A stretch of 64,000 nt of DNA, from assembly GCF_009914755.1 (NCBI RefSeq), contig NC_060926.1. One strand, given 5' to 3'. The stretch is from the human T2T-CHM13v2.0 reference genome, Homo sapiens. The notes under the pieces are model-generated. The model had not been told where the DNA came from. It saw nothing but the letters and a program-made list of their open reading frames with translations, and made no database searches. Shown here one piece after another: positions 1-20,224 of the stretch. The translations under genes were made by a program, and so were the position numbers. Position 1 is the first letter of the stretch. Every line of letters starts with the position of its first letter.

Positions 1-3727
<3,727 letters not shown>

Positions 3728-4084
3728 TGTTTCTTAGTAAACTCAATTTACAAACGGTTATTGAGACCATACCATGAAAAAGGCCCCTTTACTAGGGACT
3801 GTAGCCAGAGAGAAACTAGAAGCATTTAACATCCAGTTAAGGAGAAAAGTCTTGGCACCTCAAGCCAAGTTTAAAACAGCATTTTCAAGCTAATTCTAAG
3901 TTTGTTCAAGTCACTTTTTTAATAAAAGTGCTTCAGTAACATTCCACTGTACTTGCCTTCTGCTTACCTCTTCAGTTTCCCTCCTAGCCACTCCAGGAGC
4001 TAGAGACTCCTTAGATTTCTAAAAATATTCAACATACATAACCATACGTTATTCTCTAATACAGAGATTAGTATTTCTTCCTTG

Positions 4085-7000
4085 TCAGTTGTTATTTATT
4101 TTATGTCTTTGGTCTTTCTACACAGCCTTATTTTTAAAATTATAATTATATAACAGACAGAAAATGCAAAAAGACAAATATACAAAATAACAAATTGTGA
4201 AAATAAACATCCTGGTTGCCCCACCCATATCAAGAACCAGTGCATGGCCAGCATCTGGAAGCCCCCTGGGTGGTCTTTCTTCATCATAAAGTCCTCCCTA
4301 CCCTCCATGTTAACCATACTACTAAATATTCTGAAATTCACTTTTTTTTACAGTGTCACTATCTAATTGTAGATCTCAAAACACCATGGCTTAGTCTGTT
4401 GCCTGTTTTTGAAATTTGTATATTGAATCATACAGTAACTTTAAAGTCTGGCTTCTTTTACTTTATATTGTAAAGGTTTATTCACCTTTTGCATGTAACT
4501 GCATATATTGAAGTCTAGCATTTTTATGAATGAATATTCAATAGTTTGTTTACCCATTCTAATGTTGATGAACATTTGGGCATTTCCATTTTGAGAGTAT
4601 AATGAACAGCCTTGCTCTGAACATTCTTGTCCATGTTTCCTAGTTCTTATACATACATGGAACGGAGACTGCTAGATCATATAATGTGTGTTTTTAATGT
4701 CTTCCAGATAGTGTCAAGCTGCTTTCCAAAGTGACCATTACCATTTCATATCCTCATTATTAATTTATGAAAGTTCGTTTTGCTCTACAAATTCACCAAT
4801 ATTTGATGCTTTCAACTTTAAAATTTTGCCAAGTTGTAAGTTGTAGAGTGGTATTTAGGTTTTTTGTTTTTGTTTTACACTTTCAGTTCTTCTTTCACAG
4901 TAGTTACACATTTAGTTTCCTCTAATGCAACACTGGAAGTTTAAATGATGATAGCATGCAGTCTTCTGTTTTCTGGCCACCAAGAAGATATTTCCCAGGT
5001 TGTGCAATTAAATGCAATGCTAGCTCTAAGTTTTCGGTAAGATACACTTTATTAAAGTTCTCTCGTTTTCCTGATTTGTGAATTTCAATCATAACTGGAT
5101 ATTGAATGATAACAAATGTTCCTTTTGTAGCTAATGAGATAATCTCATGATTTTTCTTCATTGTCAGGATAATGTGATAATTACATTTTTTCATATGTTG
5201 TAAAACCAACTTTGCACCCTGAAACAAACTGAACTTAGTTGTGATTTATTATTCTTTTTATTTATAAATAGACTTGGCTTACTCATATTTTATTTAGGGT
5301 TTTAATATCTACGTTCATGACAGAAATTGGTCGATAATTCTCTTTTCTTGTAAAATGTTTCAGATTTTGGAAATAAGGTTATGTAGCCTTCAAAATATGA
5401 ATTGAGGAACTTTCATCTGTTTTTTAATCCTGGAAGAATTTGTATAAGAATTAGAAATACTTCTTAAATAGTTGTTAGAATTTTCTGGTGAAGCTTTGGG
5501 GCCTCTCTGTGTTGGTGAGTGTGTGTGTGTGTGAAGGATTTTAAATCCGAGTTCTTTAAAAAATATATGACTAAAAATATGTATTTTTTATTGTGCCAGA
5601 GTTAAGTCGTATTTTTCTTAGAATGTGTTCATTTCATATAAATGTTAATATTTATTAGCATTGTTTTGTGTAAGATTCTTATGTTTTCTTTGAAATTTCT
5701 TTAATAGTTCTGGTGATGGCCTCCCTTAAAATCTCTATTATGTGATTGTATTATATGGAGTAAGTTGTGTTGTTTTCTCTGTTGTTTGCTTCCTTCTACT
5801 TTCTGTAAGTTTATTATTCCTTATGCTATCAATTTCTACTTATGGCTTTAGCCGCACCCCACAAAGCTTGGGATTTAGCATTTTGACTTTTATTTCAATG
5901 TGTTATCTAATTTCCATTTTAATTTTTTAATCCATGAGTTATCTAAAAATGATTGCTTACTTTCAAATATGTTGGGGTTTCCTATATACCCTTTTGCTTT
6001 TTGATTTCTAAATGAATTGTTTTGTGATGAGAAAATATACTCTGTAGAATTTCAGTCCCTCTTTTTATCCAGTGGGATAGCATACTATCAATTTCTGCAA
6101 ATATCTATGTATGCTTAAAATTACTACATATTTTGTGATTGTTGCATATAAGGTTCTATGTATGTAAATTTGATCAAGTTTGTTAAGTGTGTTACTCAGT
6201 GTATGTGTTAGTGAATATCTTTTCTTGTCTGCTTATTCTATGAGTTACGGAAAAAGTTATATTAAAATCTCCTATAATGATTATCAATTTGTATATTTTC
6301 CTTCAATTATGTTAATTATTTTTATATGTATTTTTTGCCACACAGTTTAACCATCACATCTCCTTGTGAATTGAATCTTTTATCATTATAAAGTATCTCT
6401 CATTACCTCTAGTAAAGAATCTTTAAATTTATTTGCTCTATTTTGTCTGATATAATTGCATCAAACCAGCTTCCTTTTAATAAGCAAATCTCTTTCCATC
6501 TGTTTACTTTTAGTCTTTCCATGTCGTATCTTTCACATGTGTCTTTTGTGAACACTGTCTATTTTGAGTTTTGTGTTTTTAAACCCACTGCAATAACCTT
6601 TGCCTTTTATATAGAGCATTTAGACTATTAATATTTTGTGCAGTGTATTTTGAGTATACTAGTATATTTGAGTTTATACCTACCATCTTACAATGTAACC
6701 TCTATCTGTAATTATTGTTCCATGTTTATTTTCCTCTTTTTTGCATATAATTGACTACTATACTAGTTAGGGTTCCATTAGAGAGTCAGTACCATTAGGA
6801 GAGATGATGACATAGATAGATATATTATAGAGTTAAAGGAATTTCTTATATAGATTTTACCTTGTATAATTATCAGAGTTGGTTAAGTAGTCTCTATAAG
6901 GCTGTCATCTTCACATTTAATGCTAGAGCTTGAAATCTATGCAGCAGGCAGTTGACAAGGAAATATGGAAGTAAAGTAGAGAGAGCAAGAACAAGTTAGG

Positions 7001-8000
7001 ACCAATAATCATAAGCTAGAGTCCACAGCAAAGACTGAAACCTGTCTCAATCCTCATTGTCTAGAGCCTTAATAGTGTCCTGCAGAAGCCAGGAACCCTC
7101 ATTATGGAGCTAACTACACACACCCCTTGCTCAAGAGTCAGAGAAGCTGAAGGAGGATCCAAAGAAAGCTGGAGCAATTTCAGGCCTGGCCACCGAGTAA
7201 AGTCAATGGGGTAGAACAACAGGTAAAGGGCAACTTGTGTGAGCTAAGCATAAAGGCTGTTGCTTTGCTCCCCCTTCCAAATCCCTCACCAGAATTTTTC
7301 TTAGGGATATCCTAACCAGAAACTTATAGGAACACTGGGAAATGTAGTTTAGCCTAGCCAAGTGACACATTGCAAAGCCACCACAACTGTTTTATATTAT
7401 TTCATGTATTCCATATTTTGGAATTACAAACATATTTATACTCCTTTAATGACTACCCTAACAATTAGTTTGTATGAATACTTTATTCTGAAAGGCCAAT
7501 ATTATTTGCACTTTTACGCTGATCCCAGTTAATACTCCTATTTTAACTCCATTTACCCCCTCCAACATATACGCTATTGTTGTGGTATATTTTCATTCTC
7601 TCTCTATTAAAACTCACAAGTAAGTCACTGCTAGGTTAGATTTCACTAAAATTTACCATTTTGTACCTCTTCATTTCTTCCTGCATCCTAAGTTCCTATC
7701 TGGGAATATTTTCTATCTGAACAACCCTCTTTAGAATTTCTATTAATGTGAGTTGGCAGATTATGAATTTTTGCAGTTTTTCTTGATAGAGATTTTCTGT
7801 GTAATTGATGACAGAAACTATAATTTCACTTTTTAAAAATGCTGATAAATTAGTCAAACTTGGTCTAATTGTTATGCCCATGAAAATAGTCTACATTTCT
7901 CTCTGTTGTTTTTTTAAAGATTGTTATCTTTGTTTTGTTTTATGCACTTATATGTATCCAGATGTAGAATATTTTATTATCCCATTTGACATTTTTGGGC
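4085..8000 (-). mobile_element. Ancient L1ME-like LINE, 3' end and degraded ORF2/ORF1 (interrupted)
   Basis: L1M-type 3' end motifs at 4100-4850 (tgatgaacatttggg..tttcca, gctttccaaagtg). RT-like remnant in ORF 4922..5227 (KNHEIISL..TFVIIQYP). Confidence 0.8.
6759..7385 (-). mobile_element. Old MLT2-family (ERV-L) solo LTR nested in the L1ME
   Basis: Starts TATACTAGTTAGGGTTCC and ends AAGTGACACATTGCAAAGCCACCACA, both MLT2-type termini. Degenerate 5-bp flanks actac/actgt. Confidence 0.8.
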
Positions 8001-8231
8001 CTATTAATTACTTTTCTTTGTTTTTTTATTATACTTTAAGTTATAAGGTACATGTGCACACTGTGCAGCTTTGTTACATATGTATACAAGTGCCATGTTG
8101 GTATGCTGCACCCATTAACTCGTGACTTACATTAGGTATATCTCCTAATGGTATGCCTCCCCCCTCCCCCCACCCCACGACAAGCCCCAGTGTGTGATGT
8201 TCCCCACGCTGTATCCAAGTGTTCTCATCGT

Positions 8232-12018
<3,787 letters not shown>

Positions 12019-12081
12019 TATGATGTTAGCTGGTTATTTTGCCAACTAGTTGATGCAGTTTCTTCCTAGCTTTGATAGTCT

Positions 12082-13107
12082 TTACAATTTGGCATGTTTT
12101 TGCAGTGGCTGGTACTGGTTGTTCCTTTCCATGTTTAGTGCTTCCTTCAGAAGCTCTTCTAAGGCAGATTTGATGGTGACAAAATCTCTCAGCATTTGCT
12201 TGTCTGTGAAGTATTTTATTTCTCCTTCACTTATGAAGCTTATTTTGGCTGGATATGAAATTCTGGGTTGAAAACTCTTTCCTTTAAGAATGTTGAATAT
12301 TGGCCCCCACTCTCTTCTGGCTTGTAGAGTTTCTGCTGAGAGATCTGCTGTTAGTCTGATGGGCTTCCCTTTGTGGGTAACCCGACCTTTCTCTCTGGCT
12401 GCCCTTAACATTTTTTCCTTCATTTCAACTTTGGTGAATCTGTCAATTATGTGTCTTGCAGTTGCTCTTCTCGAGGAGTATCTTTGTGGCATTCTCTGTA
12501 TTTCCTAAATTTGAATGTTGGCCTGCCTTGCTAGGTTGGGGAAATTCTCCTGAATAATATCCTGAAGAATGTTTTCCAATTTGGTTCCATTCTCCCCGTC
12601 ACTTTCAGGTACACCAATCAGATGTAGATTTGGTCTTTTCACATAGTCCCATATTTCTTGGAGGTTTTTTTCATTTCTTTTTACTCTTTTTTCTCTAAAC
12701 TTCTCTTGTAGCTTCATTTCATTCATTTGATCTTCAATCACTGATACCCTTTCTTCCACTTGATCGAATCGGCTACTGAAGCTTGTGCCTGCGTCATGTA
12801 GTTCTTGTGACACAGTTTGCAGCTCCATCAGATCATTTAAGGTCTTCTCTATGCTGTTTTTTCTCATTAGCCATTCATCTAATCTTTTTTCAAGGTTTTT
12901 AACTTCTTTGCAGTGGGTTCGAACATCCTCCCTTAGCTCAGAGAAGTTCATTATTAGCGATCGTCTGAAGCCTTCTTCTCTCAACTCGTCAAAGTCATTC
13001 TCCGTCCAGCTTTGTCCCGTTGCTGGCGAGGAGCTGCGCTCCTTTGGAGGAGAGGAGGCACTCTGATTTTTAGAATTTTCAGCTTTTCTGCTCTGGTTTC
13101 TCCCCAT
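12082..13107 (-). pseudogene. L1 ORF1p with one in-frame TAG at 12505-12507
   Basis: ORFs 12505..13107 and 12082..12492 are in the same frame, giving 341 codons from MGRNQSRK to LQKHAKL. REKG and ARR motifs present. Confidence 0.97.
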
Positions 13108-14120
13108 CTTTGTGGTTTTATCTACCTTTGGTCTTTGATAATGGTGACGTACAGATGGGGTTTTGGTGTTGATGACCTTTCTGTTTGTTAGTTTTCCTTG
13201 TAACAGTTAGGACCCTCAGCTGCAGGTCTGTTAGAGTTTGCTGGAGGTCCACTCCAGACCCTGCTTGCCTGGGTATCACCAGTGGAGGCTGCAGAACAGC
13301 AAATATTGCAGAACAGCAAATGTTGCTGCCTGATCCTTCCTCTGGAAGCTTCGTCTCAGAGGGGTACCCAGCGGTATGAGGTGTCAGTCAGCCCCTACTG
13401 GGAGATGTCTCCCAGTTAGGCTACTCAGTGGTCAGGGACCCACTTGAAGAGGCAGTCTGTCTGTTCTCAGATTTCAAACTCCGTGCTGGGAGAACCACTA
13501 CTCTCTTCAAAGCTGTTAGACAGGGACATTTAAGTCTGCAGAAGTTTCTGCTGCCTTTTGTTCAGCTATGCCCTGCCCCCAGAGGTGGTGTCTACAAAGG
13601 CAGGCAGGCCTCTTTGAGCTGTGGTGGGCTCCACCTAATTAGAGCTTCCTGGCCACTTTGTTTACCTACTCAAGCCTCAGCAATGGTGGATGCCACTCCC
13701 CCAGCCTCGCTGCTGCCTTGCAGTTCAATCTCAGGCTGCTGTGCTAGCAGTGAGCGAGGCTCCGTGGGCATGGGACCCTCTGAGCCATGCGCGGGATATA
13801 ATCTCCTGGTGTGTCATTTGCTAAGGCCGTTGGAAAAGTGCAGTATTAGGGTGGGAGTGTTCCAATTTTCCAGGTACCATCTGTCACCGCTTCCCTTGGC
13901 TAGGGAAGGGAATTCCCAGACCCCCTGTGCTTCCTGGGTGAGGTGAGGCCCAACCCTGCTTTAGCTCACACACTGTGGGCTGCACCCACTGTCCGGCAAG
14001 CCCCAGTGAGATGGACCTGGTACCACAGTTGGAAATGAAGAAATCACCCGTCTTCTGTGTCACTCACGCTGGGAGCTGTAGACTGAAGCTCTTCCTATTT
14101 GGCCATCTTGGAACCTCCCC
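13108..14120 (-). promoter_or_regulatory. L1 5'UTR internal sense/antisense promoter with intact YY1 site (14101-14110) and 129-bp ZNF93-binding segment (~13236-13365)
   Basis: CAAGATGGCC intact. The segment between GGTCTGTT and TACCC that is missing from L1HS is present here. Confidence 0.75.
13683..13946 (+). CDS. L1 antisense ORF0 homologue, open, 87 aa
   Basis: MVDATPPASLLPCSSISGCCASSERGSVGMGPSEP... matches the recalled L1HS ORF0 (MAGAPPPASLPPCSLISDCCASNQRDSVGVGPSEP). Expression unknown. Confidence 0.6.
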   Translation: MVDATPPASLLPCSSISGCCASSERGSVGMGPSEPCAGYNLLVCHLLRPLEKCSIRVGVFQFSRYHLSPLPLAREGNSQTPCASWVR

Positions 14121-14139
14121 AAGCTATTAATTACTTTTC

Positions 14140-15300
14140 AAAGCTTGGCCACTATCATCTCATCATCTGTTGCTTCTTCCTCATCTTCTTTCTCCTCTAC
14201 TCTGGGAATCTAACTAATGAATACGTTTTAGACAGTCTTACTTTATCCATTGTAAGTACCTCCTCAACTATATTTCTGTCTTTTTACTTCTCCATGTTTC
14301 ATTCTGAATTTCTTACCTATTTTCTCATTCATTAATACTCTTTTCAGCTGTGTCTCATCTGCCACAAGGGCCATCTCTGAGAGATTAAGATCAGTCATAT
14401 TTTTCAGTTACATCATTTCCAGTTAGATTCTTTTCAAATCTGCAGTGTCGTATTTTGTTGTTTCCAATGCCTTGCAGAAACTTTTCTTATTTAGTTTTTA
14501 TTTCCAAGAATATAATAAACATAGTGCCATTACATTCTGTGTGGATAATTTGCATGTTTTTGTTCTTGTGAGTTTCTGTTGGTGATTGTTTTTGCTGATT
14601 TTAGTTGATATTTCATTGCCTTGTGTGTCTCACTAAGTTTAACTGGTTGCTGGATGCTATATTTGATAAGTTATATTGAAAGTTAATTTAAGGCCTAGGG
14701 TATTATCTTGTATGAGAAACCATTTTAGCTATTTTTTGTCTAGATTCCTGGGAAGCTAACCACCCAAGCTCAAGACATCAGAATTTTATGGGATGCCTGG
14801 ATGACCAGGATACCATTCCTATTCCTACTCTATAGCATAACATTTTCAGTCCTCACCCAGAACAGGGGCCCTCTAACATAAGATGTCAATCTTTGGAAGG
14901 GACTAAAATGTGATACTTTTCTTTCAGTTCTAGGAGTTTGTGTCAAAGTTCTGGTGCCTGTTAGCAACTTTCCTAAGAATGGCAGATGAAGAGAGGGAAC
15001 AGGTGATTTTCTGGAACCTTTTGCTCCTGGTGGTCCTAGGACTATGACTCCTTAGTTCCTTAGTTATCTCTTACGGAGCCCTAGTGCTAACCTGCATTGG
15101 AAAAACTCCCCCTGGAGAGAAGTAGCTCAGCTTTAATTTGTTGGCTACTATTAGCCCTCTTTTCCTGGCCTGGTAATATCTTACTATCTTGTAGATTTTT
15201 TTATACAAACAATTGTTTTTTTTAATTTTAACCAGTTCTTTTATTTGTCATTATATTGTAAGGATTACTCCAAATTATCTAGTTAGCCATTACTGGAAAT
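14140..15300 (-). mobile_element. Continuation (5' part) of the ancient L1ME split by the L1PA
   Basis: L1M ORF1-like antisense text (attaatactcttttcagctgtgtctcatctgc). Ends with tagccattactggaaatgaa, resembling an old L1 5' end. Confidence 0.6.
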
Positions 15301-15544
15301 GAAACTCTTACAGTCAGCTTTTATTTCAATAAAGTCTCCATTTTTTTCCCGAAGACCACTGAAAATATTTCATCATCATGTATATTCTCCATCCACCTTA
15401 TCTGAGCTGTCAGTTGAGTCTCAGGCATATTCTCAGATTTCTTGAATTCTCTCTTAAATACTAAAATATAGTTTTATAACCACAATTGTAATCAAAGTGA
15501 ATTGTATAATTGTTTAAGGTCTTTAGATAACCACAACAGTAATA

Positions 15545-15730
15545 TACCGACAATAATTAACATTTAATTATGCTTACCCTGAGCTAGACAATCTTCTAAG
15601 CAATTTCTATTTGTAAGGCTCAGAGAGCTTAAATAACCTGCCCCAGGTCATGTAGTTAGTAAGTGGTGAAGCCTAGACACAGATCTAAGCAGTCTGGCTC
15701 CAGATTCCATTCTACAAACCACTATACCAC
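15545..15730 (-). mobile_element. MIR SINE
   Basis: Core AGGCTCAGAGAGCTTAAATAACCTGCCCCAGGTCA. Confidence 0.85.
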
Positions 15731-15739
15731 AAATTCCCT

Positions 15740-15850
15740 GGAAACAGTGATGGTGGTATCTTATTTACCACCTATCTCTACTGCTAATCCAGTGACTTAC
15801 ACACAACAAGTGCTCAGTAAATATTTTTTGGATGAGTACATGAATGAGTT
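15740..15850 (+). mobile_element. L2 3' tail
   Basis: GTGCTCAGTAAATATTTTTTGGATGA..TGAATGA. Confidence 0.7.
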
Positions 15851-16104
15851 TAATAATTTGTATATCTATTGTAAACATGATAATTTCTATAAAAATGAGA
15901 GAAAGATTATATCAGGTTGGATGGTCAGAGAATACATTACAAAGCAGTTAGATTCTAAATTAAGTCTAGAAGCCTGAATCTTGAATGCTAATTATTATTT
16001 GAATAGGAAAATAAAAATAATTGAAACGTAGAAGCATAAAAGCACAAATACATCCAAGATCTGCTTATAAATATGTTTGCATGAAGAAAAATGTTTTGGA
16101 AGTA

Positions 16105-16255
16105 ATATGTACATTTATTCATAAATATATATTATATATATAAATAAATATATAATATATATTTTACTATAAATATTTATTTATAAATATGTGTTTATAT
16201 ATTATATATTTATTTATATATTTTTATGTATATTTACTTATATATATAATCTTAA
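16105..16255. repeat. AT-rich low-complexity tract
   Basis: Degenerate (TA)/(TTA) sequence. Confidence 0.9.
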
Positions 16256-16257
16256 CA

Positions 16258-16430
16258 TTAATAATAGTTAACATTTTGAACAAAGGTTCTGGAGCAAGTA
16301 TTTTATATAATTATATCACTTAATATTATAAAACAGATATAATTTACTCCCATTTTATAAATGAGAAACTGAGACACTGAAAGAAGTAATTACCTCAAAA
16401 TCATACAGCTAGGAAACGGTAAAACTTGAA
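16258..16430 (-). mobile_element. MIR SINE
   Basis: CCCATTTTATAAATGAGAAACTGAGACAC core. Confidence 0.8.
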
Positions 16431-16859
16431 GGTACAGAATGAGTAGAAGGAAATGAGACAGGAAAATTAAAGGCTGTAACTCAGAAGATTTTCTGTGCCT
16501 TCCTAAAGCATTTTGATTTTATCCAGTAGACAATGAAGGGCACAGAAATGCCACTTTTGAGGAGAGAAATGGCCAAAATCCATGGGTATGGAAGAGAAGT
16601 CTTGTAGTGGTAGGCATGATGGAATTTTTATCTATACTAAATTTGAAATGAGTTTTCATTCCTTGCACCCTTTCTGATTACGCTGGCATTTGTCTATTTG
16701 TGGCTGTTGTTCATCTGTTTGTTGCTCTGTATGTGGTGTTGCAACAAATGCATATCTAAATGGACTCTGTGTCAGACAAGGGGTTGGTTTCCAGAAACAC
16801 AAGGAATGGAAACAGACAGTGCAAACAATTTTTATGTAATACTGTGCATGATTCCCATT

Positions 16860-17205
16860 TAAGAAGTAGAAATGGGATGCTGTCTGGGGTGGGGGATAGA
16901 AACAAAGGTTACTTAGTCCATCTTGGTCCAGAGGATGTCTGGCAAATGTTTCTAAAAAGATCATACCTAAGCTGATTTGATGAATGGAAAATATGGAAGA
17001 AAGGTACATTCCCAGGTAAAGGGACAACACAGGGAAAGGCACAAAAATATGAAATAGCCTGGCGTGTAGGAAACTAGTTCTCAAATGTGTTGGCAGAAGA
17101 GATGGCCAGAAGTGCATCTTGGAGGCTCTTAAATATCACAACAAGAAACCTTACCTTTACTCTACAAGATGCCTGGAACCACTGAAAGATTGTACCCAGA
17201 GCCTA
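16860..17205 (-). mobile_element. L2 fragment (a further L2 piece lies at ~16430-16650)
   Basis: CATTCCCAGGTAAAGGGACAAC...GGAACCACTGAAAGATT, L2 antisense motifs. Confidence 0.65.
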
Positions 17206-17525
17206 AGCACGGATAACTATCAACATATTTAGTATATGACTTGTCCTCAGTGAGTTCTTATTAAGAACTTTCTACATGCTCTATGTGTAGCCACTCCACT
17301 TCCATTAACCACACAGGGTTTCAATTTTGATGTCTTGATATTTTAAAAATTAGAATTGCTTTTCCTTCCACAGAAGCTGCTCAGAGATTTTTTAAATTTG
17401 CAGCAGTCCAAAGCGAACGTGTCTGCAGAAGGAGCCATAAAGGGATAAATCACCCCAAGTATGACACCTTACTGAGTAATGAAAAGCATTGAAGGAGAAA
17501 ATTCTCATACAAAAAGTAAGATACA

Positions 17526-17815
<290 letters not shown>

Positions 17816-17870
17816 CATAAAAAACTGTATGAAAAACTACAAGGGAGGAATCTAGGGTTAACAATAGCAA

Positions 17871-18277
17871 TGTAGATGTGGCGGAGGGGGGGGAAAGGCT
17901 TCCTCCTCTATTACTGTCAAATGGTTTATTTGTGCCAGATATTTTCAAGTGGAGAATAACAAAGATATAGCCAGCGAAGCAAGTAGCTTCAGAATCAACC
18001 TCCCAACAAGGGTTCCTAAGCAGCTCTGATGAAATTCATAAGAAATTATCACCAGAGTCAGTGTGAAGCAGCAATAGCTGCAGATACAAGGCTATCTGTG
18101 AGCTGAAAACCTCTTCTTGATCACTGTTTTTATGGGGTGTTATGTGCCTGGCACAACTTACCTCAGGAGCTGGACTTGGATACAGGGAGGAGAATGGAGA
18201 CAGAATAAAAGCTTCTCATGGAATAAGTGTCCATGGGGCTTGTGGGTCTCTTGCCTGAAGCCAACCCCACTGTCACA
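17871..18277 (-). mobile_element. Possible ancient solo LTR, family unassigned
   Basis: TG...CA termini, ~407 bp, AATAAA on the minus strand ~55 nt from the end. No TSD seen. Confidence 0.35.
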
Positions 18278-20224
18278 AATGAGAAACATACCTAAGATGC
18301 TTTTTTATTTCATTGAGTAAAGTTCACTTTCTACACAATCATCCCATTATAGTCTGTCTTCTCTCTATATATGTCTCTATAAATTTTATCTATAAAATAT
18401 ATTCAAACTAAAATGTTATGAAGCACTACCTTTCATACTTTGATCATTTATTCACATTTCACCTTGAAGAAGAACTGTCCCTCATAGTTAGGCACAGATT
18501 TTATTCATGTTGGCACCACCTTGACCAGGAAGTAGATTTCTAAGAATTTTGGATAAAGAAGACTTTTCATAAAAGATATGTGCTTCCAATGACATAGATA
18601 GTAAAAATTCTAATTGATGCTGTTGGAATTTGACATGCATAGCTTTGTCTATTGCATTACCTTCACGTCAATCCTATATGTAGTCAGAGAAATGGGGCAT
18701 CAATGAGGTAAATAGAGTAGAAAAAGCTTCACAGATTTTAAAGTTTAAAAATCTAGTTATGAATTAACCTTATAGAACAAATTCAAAAGCAACCAAAAAT
18801 CTTATAAAACATAATGGCAAGTTTAAAAATGTTTTCCACCTTCAACCATACAACTTTAGGGCCAATTTAATGTGTATAAGTTAAAAACAAAACAAAAGGT
18901 CTTATTCTCTATGGTACTGGATAAGTGAACTGAAGGCATCTCACACTAAGGACGTGCTTCTATTTGAAAGCCTTAACCAGTCTCAGTAGCTTCTGTCTTT
19001 TTGGAGTTTCTTCTCTCTTTGCTTCATGAATTGTGTGAGGCTTTTGCTGAATATAAACAGTGCATCTCTCATTAGTGCCACAGACAATAGCTGCCTGCAT
19101 CAATATTACAGGCTAACATTCTCCTTAGTGTCTTGTACTCAGGCATCTCTGCTTCCACTCTTTGTGACCAACCTACTCCTGTTAACCAGGCAGGTGCTAC
19201 TTGATGTCCTACTGCCAGACATGCTTTCAACATAACCAGTCCAAAAGAGCAGAGTTAGCCCAGGATTTTATATACATGTAGCAACTTATTGGAAATGTAA
19301 GTCACTGTAAAATAAAACCCAACAAAATGGAGAGATGATCAAATCAAAGCAGACACACTGAAAGCATTTGACACTACCAAATTACAATATACCCCTCCTG
19401 GTCAGTTTAAAGAAAACAATAGACAGCAACAGAATCTAAAAAGAAAGTATTACTCCCTGTAAGTGGTTTGGCCAATTCTCAGATACAAGAAAAGTCTCTT
19501 TGAAGGTGCAACTTCAAATGATGAAATAGGTTATAACTGCAAAATCTAACACAAAACAGACAGAATTTAGTCCCTTGAGAAATTGAAGTTGAAGAGAGTC
19601 ACAGTGTAAACCACAAATGAAGGATGTGGAAAATGGTCACCATCAATTTCAGCGGCTTTGGAAGGCATTTGGCAGCCTGTGCAGAAACACCAAATAATAC
19701 CAAGTGATGGATTTAGCCCTGCTGTCACTGCTGAGCTGATGGATACAAATCACTCACCTTTTAAACTCCAAGTTGCAAAACTAGGATGCATTTGAGCTGT
19801 AGGGGGATCAAATGGATGAATGTTGGATACCAGCAAATCAGAAGGTACATACCCCAATGTAGTCTGTATCAACTTTCTTAAATTGGTTGCAGTAAAGAAA
19901 ATTAATGTTCTCACTAAATTGTAAGAACTGGATTCTCATATCCAATGGTTTTATAATGATAGTCTAAGGAAAGGTAATGCAGTGGATGCTTCAGGTAAGG
20001 GACATTCCCAGGATGAGTTCCAATGCAGCAGGTGGGTGGGCCTGTGCCACCTCTGCATAAATCTGAGCAGAGGACAGAGTGTGAGCCAAGGTCATTTACC
20101 AGCCATGTGAACCTGACGTAGCCATATCAAAGGAATGTAAAAATGTAAATAAATATAATACAAGGTTGTCTGAGGGTTGAAAGAATTAATTCTGCAAAAA
20201 TACACTGAAATGTATATGTCTAAG

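Noticed and set aside
16656-17117. 153-aa minus-strand ORF
   Set aside because: Overlaps a decayed L2 and has no homology signal.
19750-19815. Strong minus-strand donor AAG/GTGAGT with a possible acceptor ~40 nt upstream; also isolated sites at ~54037 (+ acceptor) and ~55625 (- donor)
   Set aside because: Such motifs are expected by chance in 64 kb, and I could not build a consistent multi-exon frame.
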